Origin: Candidatus Binatia bacterium
GTDB lineage: Bacteria; Desulfobacterota; Binatia; UBA9968; JAJDTQ01
Direction of reading: 5' to 3'
Assembly (NCBI GenBank): GCA_963666515.2
Contig: OY762897.2
Coordinates: 64,001-128,000 of the forward strand
Length of the DNA: 64,000 bases
The notes beneath the pieces are model-generated. The model had not been told where the DNA came from and did not search any database. It worked only from the letters and a program-made list of their open reading frames with translations. Both the position numbers and the translations under genes were made by a program. Positions 58,276 through 64,000 of the stretch are shown here, in pieces (position 1 is the first letter of the stretch; each line of letters starts with the position of its first letter).

Positions 58276-59070
58276 TCAGTCGCGCAGGAACCCGATGACG
58301 GCGTTGGCGAACTCCTCCGGTTTCTCCATCTCCGGCATGTGCCCGCAATCCTCGATGACCGCGACCTGGGCGTTGGGAATCCCCTGCTGGTAAAGCTCGC
58401 AACTGCTTATGGGGACGATGCCGTCCTGCCGCCCCCACACCAGCAGGGTCGGGGTGGCGATGGCAGGGAGAAGGTCGGGCAGCGTGACGCTGTGCATGTA
58501 CGGACGCCAGAGATAGCGGATGGCCGCCTCCCGGTTGGTCTCGACCTGCTCCGCCTCGTCCGGGGTCCAGTCCCTGCCGTAGTACTTCAGGTACTGGGCC
58601 GACTCGTGGTCGTGAAACGATGTTTGGAACGCGTCCTTGGCGGAATTCAGGAAGTAGTCCCAGATTTCCCCCTCCCGGGGCTTGACGCCGGCCGCCCCGA
58701 CCAGAACCATTTTCGAGAATATGGCGCTGTTGACCGCGGCCATCTCGGCGGCAATCCAGCCTCCCATGGAGAAGCCGACGACGTTGAGCGGGGTCGACAG
58801 GCCGCACTCCCGGACGAACCAGTTGACCCATGCAGACAGGTCCCTGACCGACATCAGCCAATCCGGAAACGATGAAGATCCGAAGCCGGGCAGGGAGGGA
58901 ACACACACTGAGTAGTGTTGGGCCAGAAGCTCATGCGTCTCGATCCAGTCGGGCACGCCCAGTTCGCCATGGAGGATAAGCAACGGCTCTCCGGAGCCTC
59001 CGTGTCGCAGTTGTACGGATATGCCGGCTATGTCGAGGTTCTCTTCGGTGAAGTTGGGCGTTGTTGTCAC
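58276..59070 (-). CDS. Alpha/beta hydrolase
   Basis: ILHGE, GFSMGG, WGRQD, CGH; GTG start after GGAGG. Confidence 0.88.
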   Translation of the reverse strand: MTTTPNFTEENLDIAGISVQLRHGGSGEPLLILHGELGVPDWIETHELLAQHYSVCVPSLPGFGSSSFPDWLMSVRDLSAWVNWFVRECGLSTPLNVVGFSMGGWIAAEMAAVNSAIFSKMVLVGAAGVKPREGEIWDYFLNSAKDAFQTSFHDHESAQYLKYYGRDWTPDEAEQVETNREAAIRYLWRPYMHSVTLPDLLPAIATPTLLVWGRQDGIVPISSCELYQQGIPNAQVAVIEDCGHMPEMEKPEEFANAVIGFLRD

Positions 59071-59231
59071 TCGGTCCTCCGCTTGACTGTTTGGGTGCCG
59101 CAAGGCTGGGGGAATCATAGACAAGAGCCGCCGGTTTCGTCAATGTGGCCCTGGGAAGTCGGTCCGCCAGCCTGTCGGGCAATGTCAAGATGGCGTGTTG
59201 ACACCCACTCCGTGATCGCTACGGTTGTAGG

Positions 59232-59606
59232 ATGAGCAAAGACCAGGATTTTCAGGCTCTGTGTGGGGAACTCATAGCGCGTTCCCATGCGCGCTCCTAC
59301 GTTCTTGCCGAGTTGCACGACTTCCTGGCAAGTCTGAACGGTGGTGAATTCGAGGAGGCTCTACGGCACGCACCGGAGGTCCGCCTCCCTCCGTTCGAAG
59401 CGAACTATGTTGCCGCCATGATCGAGTACGCCGCCGGGCTCCAGGGGACCGTCCTGCCACCGTGGACAAAGGATATCCCGCCCTTGGAAAAGCCGTGGTT
59501 CGCGTCGTCGTTGAAGAGCCTGCGGTTATATTTGCTGACGAACTCGCTGGCCCCGTTCCGGCGCCGGAACCTTTTCGTCGACAGTAGCGTAGGAAAGCGG
59601 GTGTGA
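59232..59606 (+). CDS. Conserved hypothetical, antitoxin-like orphan
   Basis: AAMIEY, PPW...PPLEKPWF, PFRRRNLFV; promoter TTGACA-N16-TACGGT ends 6 nt before the ATG. Confidence 0.65.
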   Translation: MSKDQDFQALCGELIARSHARSYVLAELHDFLASLNGGEFEEALRHAPEVRLPPFEANYVAAMIEYAAGLQGTVLPPWTKDIPPLEKPWFASSLKSLRLYLLTNSLAPFRRRNLFVDSSVGKRV

Positions 59607-59665
59607 TGGAACACCCGGGACGCTCATCCAAGGCCGATGGCGCGTGGCACGACGAAAGCACCCCT

Positions 59666-61180
59666 TCATGCCGACCCTTTGCCCTGCAGAAAGCAGCTTA
59701 GTACCAGCCCCGCCGCCGCGGCGGCGAGACCCACCAGGAAGGCCCACCACAGCGCGTTGACGAGGGCGCCGATGAGGGAGGGCATGAGGTCGGCGGGGAT
59801 CAGGGCGCGGGTGGCGGGGTCGAGGAGGTTTTGCGGGTTGAGGAGCTTTTGGAGCACCGGCTCCGGCAGCGTCGCCTTCAGGTCCGCGGCGATGACCGTG
59901 AAGGTGGCGTTCATGCGCTGCAGCAGGATGCTGCCCATGATGCTCAGGATGAGGGCGCCTCCGATGGTGCGGAACAGCATGACCGTGGAGGTGGCGACTC
60001 CGAGGTGCTGGAAGGGCACGGCGCTTTGGGCGGCCACCAGCGCCGTGACGTTGGTCATGCCCATGCCGGTACCGGCGGCGAACGTCGCGATGAGCATCAC
60101 GGTCATGCCGCCGGCTTCTTCCAGCATCATGAACGGAATGTAGCCCGAGACCATCAGGGCCATGCCTGTGGCGCAGACGTTGCGGTAGCCCCAGACAGGA
60201 GCGACCCGGCCGGCCGTGAGGCTTCCGACGGTCCACCCTACGCTCAACGGCAGCAGGGTCAGGCCGGCCTGTGTGGCGCTGCCGCCCAGGGCGCCCTGGA
60301 CGTACAGCGGCAGGAAGCCGATGACGCCGAATATGCCCATGGCCGCCAGCAGGCTGAGGTAGGTGGGCCGGCTGTAGCTGGGCATGTGGAACAATGCCAT
60401 GGGCAGCAGCGGGTCCCGAGCTTTGCCTTCGATGACGATGAAGAGCGTAAACAGCACCACGACGCCTACCACTACCGAGACGGACTCTGCGGTGACCAGG
60501 TCGAGTTGGTTGGCAGCCACCAGGAGGCCGTAGAACAGCAGCATCAGCGCGGACAGGAGGATTGCGGCGCCCGCCAGATCCAGCGACCGGCGTGCCCCTT
60601 CGGCGCGCTGCTCCCGGAATCCCGCCATGATGAGCCCGGCCGCCGCGATTCCCAGGGGCAGGTTGATCCAGAAAATCCAGCGCCAGTCCCAGTACTCGGC
60701 GATGAACCCGCCGCCGGCCGGGCCGAGCACGGAGGCAACACCCCACACGCTGGCGATGAGGCCCTGCATCCGCGCGCGTTGCTCGACCGGAAAGACCACC
60801 CCTACGATGATGAACGCGAGCGCGTACACGGCGCCGCCGCCCATGCCCTGCACGGCGCGGAAGACGATGAGTTGCGTCATGCTCTGGGCGGCGCCGCAAG
60901 CCACCGAGCCCAGCACGAAGGTTCCGATGGCGAGGAGTATCAGGGTGCGCCGGCTGTAGAGGTCCGAGAGCTTGCCGAAGATCGGCGTGGCCAGCGCCGA
61001 GGTGAGCATGTAGACGGAGAAGACCCAACTGTATAGGTCGATGTCGCCGAGTTGGGAGACCACCGTGGGCATGGCGCTGCTCACGATGGTGGCGTCGATG
61101 GCGAAGAGGAAGACCGCCACCATCACCCCGGCGACGGCGACCCCGGCGGATGCGGGGATGGTGGTCTGTGCGTTACTCAC
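59666..61180 (-). CDS. DHA2/MDR family MFS efflux transporter (14 TM)
   Basis: DATIVSSAMP, YSWVFSVYML, GKLSDLYSRR, RAVQGMGGG, WRWIFWINLP. Confidence 0.92.
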   Translation of the reverse strand: MSNAQTTIPASAGVAVAGVMVAVFLFAIDATIVSSAMPTVVSQLGDIDLYSWVFSVYMLTSALATPIFGKLSDLYSRRTLILLAIGTFVLGSVACGAAQSMTQLIVFRAVQGMGGGAVYALAFIIVGVVFPVEQRARMQGLIASVWGVASVLGPAGGGFIAEYWDWRWIFWINLPLGIAAAGLIMAGFREQRAEGARRSLDLAGAAILLSALMLLFYGLLVAANQLDLVTAESVSVVVGVVVLFTLFIVIEGKARDPLLPMALFHMPSYSRPTYLSLLAAMGIFGVIGFLPLYVQGALGGSATQAGLTLLPLSVGWTVGSLTAGRVAPVWGYRNVCATGMALMVSGYIPFMMLEEAGGMTVMLIATFAAGTGMGMTNVTALVAAQSAVPFQHLGVATSTVMLFRTIGGALILSIMGSILLQRMNATFTVIAADLKATLPEPVLQKLLNPQNLLDPATRALIPADLMPSLIGALVNALWWAFLVGLAAAAAGLVLSCFLQGKGSA

Positions 61181-61634
61181 CGCGGGCGTAGGCCAGGATG
61201 GCGTCGAAGATGGGCGTGTACCCCGTGCAGCGGCAGAGGTTGCCGTCCAGCCCCTTCTTCACTTCGTCGAGCGTCGGCTGGGGATTCCGTTCCAGCAGGG
61301 CCTGGGCGGCCATGAGCATGCCCGGCCCGCAGTAGCCGCACTGGACGGCGCCGTATTTGAGGAACGACTGCTGGAGGCGGTCGAGCTCCATGCCGTTGCC
61401 GCAGCCCTCGACGGTGGTGATCTCCTTGCCGGTGCAGCGCGCCGCCAGCACCACGCAACTGTGGACGGCCATGCCGTCGACCCGCACGGTGCAGCAGCCG
61501 CAGTGGCTGGTCTCGCAGCCGCGCTTGGCTCCGGTCAGTGCCAGCCGCTCGCGCAGCACGTCCAGCAGAAGCGCCGTGTCCGGGGCTTCCACCTGAACGT
61601 TCTGGCCGTTCACCGTGAGATCAAGCAGCGCCAT
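61173..61634 (-). CDS. Molybdo-hydroxylase 2Fe-2S subunit (CoxS/XdhC-like)
   Basis: GCETSHCGCC, QCGYCGPG, GNLCRCTGY. Confidence 0.92.
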   Translation of the reverse strand: MALLDLTVNGQNVQVEAPDTALLLDVLRERLALTGAKRGCETSHCGCCTVRVDGMAVHSCVVLAARCTGKEITTVEGCGNGMELDRLQQSFLKYGAVQCGYCGPGMLMAAQALLERNPQPTLDEVKKGLDGNLCRCTGYTPIFDAILAYARGE

Positions 61635-62505
61635 GGCTGTTCTCCTCGATCTGCTTCGCCGCCTGGAGCAGCGCCCGGCGGACGAACACCGACACCATTT
61701 TGCGCCGGTAGTCGGCGCCGGCGTGGGGGTCCGAAGGGGGATCCACTTCCGTGGCTGCCATCTCTCCGGCCGCCCGCGCCGTTTCCTCGTCCAATACCGC
61801 ACACTTCAGGGCGTCCTCGGTCCTGGTTGCCCGTAAGGGAACCGGCGCCGCCCCGCCGATGCCGATTCGCACCTCGGCCACGCCGCCGGCGCGCGTTCCT
61901 TCCGGCACAACCACGGCCGCGACACCCACCATCGCCAGGTCCTCGGGACTGATAGCGTGCTTGAGGTAGACGCCGACCGATCCGGCGGGCGGATGCTCGA
62001 TGTCGATGCGGCAGAGAATCTCGTCCGGCTCCAGCACCGTCTCGAAGTATCCCGTGAAGAAGTCGGCCAGTGGCACTTCACGGATGTCGGTGCACCGTCG
62101 CAACACGGCGTGCGCGTTCAGCGCCAGCAGCACCGGGGGCAGGTCGGTGCCGGGCTCGTTGTGACAGACGTTGCCGCCGATGGTGCCGAGGTTGCGCACC
62201 GCGGTGGAGCTGACCTGTCGCGCCGCGGCCGGCAGCACGCCGACTTCCGCGCCAAGGACCGGCGAAGCGATCAATTGACGGCAGGTATTCATGGCGCCGA
62301 TGGAGATGCCCGACGATTGCACCTCAATACCCCGAAGCGCCTTGAGCAGCTCGAGATCGATCAACGCCCGCGGCGCCACCAGCCGGTTCCGCATCATCAC
62401 CAGCAGCGACTGACCGCCGGCGATGGGCAGGGCGTCTTCGGTGTACTCCTCGCGTGCCGCCAGCGCCTCGTCTAGGTCGGCGGGCCGGATCAGCTTGCAT
62501 TCCAT
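61621..62505 (-). CDS. Molybdo-hydroxylase FAD subunit (CoxM-like)
   Basis: AGGQSL, VRNLGTIGGN, ADYRRKM. Confidence 0.92.
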   Translation of the reverse strand: MECKLIRPADLDEALAAREEYTEDALPIAGGQSLLVMMRNRLVAPRALIDLELLKALRGIEVQSSGISIGAMNTCRQLIASPVLGAEVGVLPAAARQVSSTAVRNLGTIGGNVCHNEPGTDLPPVLLALNAHAVLRRCTDIREVPLADFFTGYFETVLEPDEILCRIDIEHPPAGSVGVYLKHAISPEDLAMVGVAAVVVPEGTRAGGVAEVRIGIGGAAPVPLRATRTEDALKCAVLDEETARAAGEMAATEVDPPSDPHAGADYRRKMVSVFVRRALLQAAKQIEENSHGAA

Positions 62506-62568
62506 GGTTTATCTCTCGACCTCCGCACAACCCTCACTGGTGTGAACACGGCAGCAGCATCCCGAATC

Positions 62569-62596
62569 CGTCATTCCGGCGAAAGCCGGAATCCAG
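62569..62596 (+). repeat. CGTC-type REP-like palindrome overlapping the end of the large-subunit gene
   Basis: CGTCATTCCGGC-GAAA-GCCGGAATCCAG. Confidence 0.6.
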
Positions 62597-64000
62597 GACC
62601 CTCGTCCTTCCGTTGGCTCTCTACCGCCTCCAGCACCCGTTCGGGATGCAGCGGCAGATCCTTGAGCCTTACGCCCAGGGCGTCGTAGATGGCGTTGCCG
62701 ATGCAGGGCGCGATGCCGACGATGGCCAGTTCGCCGATGCCCTTGGCGCCGAACGGGCCCTCCGGCAGCGGCACCTCCACGGCGATGGGGGTGATCTCCG
62801 GGATCTCCTGGCTGGACGGGATCTTGTAGTCCATGAACGAGGGGTTGATGATCCGGCCCTGGTCGAACTGGAGCCTCTCGTGCAGGGCGTACCCCAGTCC
62901 CATCACCACGCCGCCCACGATCTGGCCGTCGACGCTCAGGGTGTTCAGGCTCTTGCCCACGTCGTGGGCGGAGGCGATGCGCCGCACCCGGATGATGCCG
63001 GTTTCCTCGTCGATCTCCGCTTCCACGGCCTGGGCCGCGTACTTCCAGCCGGGCACGTACTCCTTGCGCTGGGTTTTGTGGGGCAGCGTGGGGTAGTCAC
63101 CCTTGCCGCCGTACGAGCCCCGGCCCAGGATCGGCCGCTCGCTGGTATGGGCTCGTTCCAGCACCTCGCGGAACGCCAGCGAGACTTCGGGATGGGCGGA
63201 CGACACCACGCGCTGCTCCGCCACGGCAAGGTCGCCCCGGGGAATCTCCACCATCCGGGAAGCCACATCCAACAGTTGGCTCCTGGCGTCCTCCGCGGCG
63301 ATCTTCACCGCCATGCCGGTGTAGAAGGTGACCCGGCTCGAGAAGGTGCCTCGGTCGTAGGGCGTGGTGCCGGTGTCGGCGCTCGAGATGCCCACCGCCT
63401 CCACCGGAAGTCCCAGCACCTCGGCGGCGATCTGGCACATCACCACCGACATGCCCTGGCCGATCTCGGAGGCTCCCACCAGCACCTGGGCGCTGCCGTC
63501 CTCGTTGAACTGGACGTAGGCGGCGGAGATGCTGGAGTGGGTGGTGGGGGACTTGGCGATGACCGCGAGGCCGCGGCCCACGTTGGCGGGCTTGGGCTCG
63601 CCCCAGCCGATCTCCTTCGCCACGCTTTCGAGGCACTCCTGGAGCCCGATGCTCTGCACCTCGTCGTCGATGGAGTTGATGTCGCCTTCCTGGAGGATGT
63701 TCTTGAGCCGCAGCTCCAGCGGGTCCATGCCCAGGCGCTCGGCGATCATGTCCATCTGCGACTCGATGGCGAAAGCGCCCTCCGGCACGCCCAGGCCGCG
63801 CAACTGGGTGCCGCGCATCTTGTTGGTGTAGACCAGGGTGGACGAAATCCGCAGGTCGTGGACGCGGTAGGGGCCGTTGCCGTCCTTCATGGCGCGGTTG
63901 CTGGGGGGCAGGCCCTCGGCGTGAGCGCCGGTGTCCCAGAGAAAGTCCACGTCCCGGGCCGCCAGGGCGCCGTCCTTCATGACGCCGGTCTTGACCGTCA
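62571..64000 (-). CDS. Xanthine dehydrogenase-family molybdopterin-binding large subunit, 5'-truncated by window edge
   Basis: QLRGLG, EIGQG, GTFSSR, GQIVGG..MGLG, GPFGAKGIGE. Confidence 0.92.
   Translation of the reverse strand, partial: TVKTGVMKDGALAARDVDFLWDTGAHAEGLPPSNRAMKDGNGPYRVHDLRISSTLVYTNKMRGTQLRGLGVPEGAFAIESQMDMIAERLGMDPLELRLKNILQEGDINSIDDEVQSIGLQECLESVAKEIGWGEPKPANVGRGLAVIAKSPTTHSSISAAYVQFNEDGSAQVLVGASEIGQGMSVVMCQIAAEVLGLPVEAVGISSADTGTTPYDRGTFSSRVTFYTGMAVKIAAEDARSQLLDVASRMVEIPRGDLAVAEQRVVSSAHPEVSLAFREVLERAHTSERPILGRGSYGGKGDYPTLPHKTQRKEYVPGWKYAAQAVEAEIDEETGIIRVRRIASAHDVGKSLNTLSVDGQIVGGVVMGLGYALHERLQFDQGRIINPSFMDYKIPSSQEIPEITPIAVEVPLPEGPFGAKGIGELAIVGIAPCIGNAIYDALGVRLKDLPLHPERVLEAVESQRKDEGPGFRLSPE

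Noticed and set aside
61173-64000. Aerobic CO dehydrogenase (coxMSL)
   Set aside because: Lacks the AYxCSFR/AYRGAGR loop, and the gene order is L-M-S

Overview
High-GC bacterial chromosomal window that is mostly metabolic. It holds RNase R, AsmA, a paaFG/H/J-like CoA beta-oxidation operon with a TetR regulator, endonuclease IV, tRNA-Val(CAC), many solute-binding and transport genes (TctC x2, TctA-B fusion, Dpp-type ABC without ATPases, MFS x2), amidohydrolases, alpha/beta hydrolases, tandem LLM monooxygenases, tesA/ybbAP and a partial molybdo-hydroxylase operon. The gene repertoire resembles Binatota/deltaproteobacteria-like aromatic scavengers (inference only). Small lower-GC insertions carry toxin-antitoxin modules or their remnants. 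Best findings: (1) an AhpD/CMD-like selenoprotein missing from the ORF track (17359-17625, C-x-x-U, SECIS-like hairpin 11 nt after the UGA); (2) an XRE-ImmA/IrrE pair divergent from a 2-TM membrane gene whose structured leader has an anti-SD hairpin and a predicted antisense sRNA; (3) an SBP + output-less HAMP membrane protein + OFA MFS trio. All product calls come from motif recognition by eye; no database searches were run.
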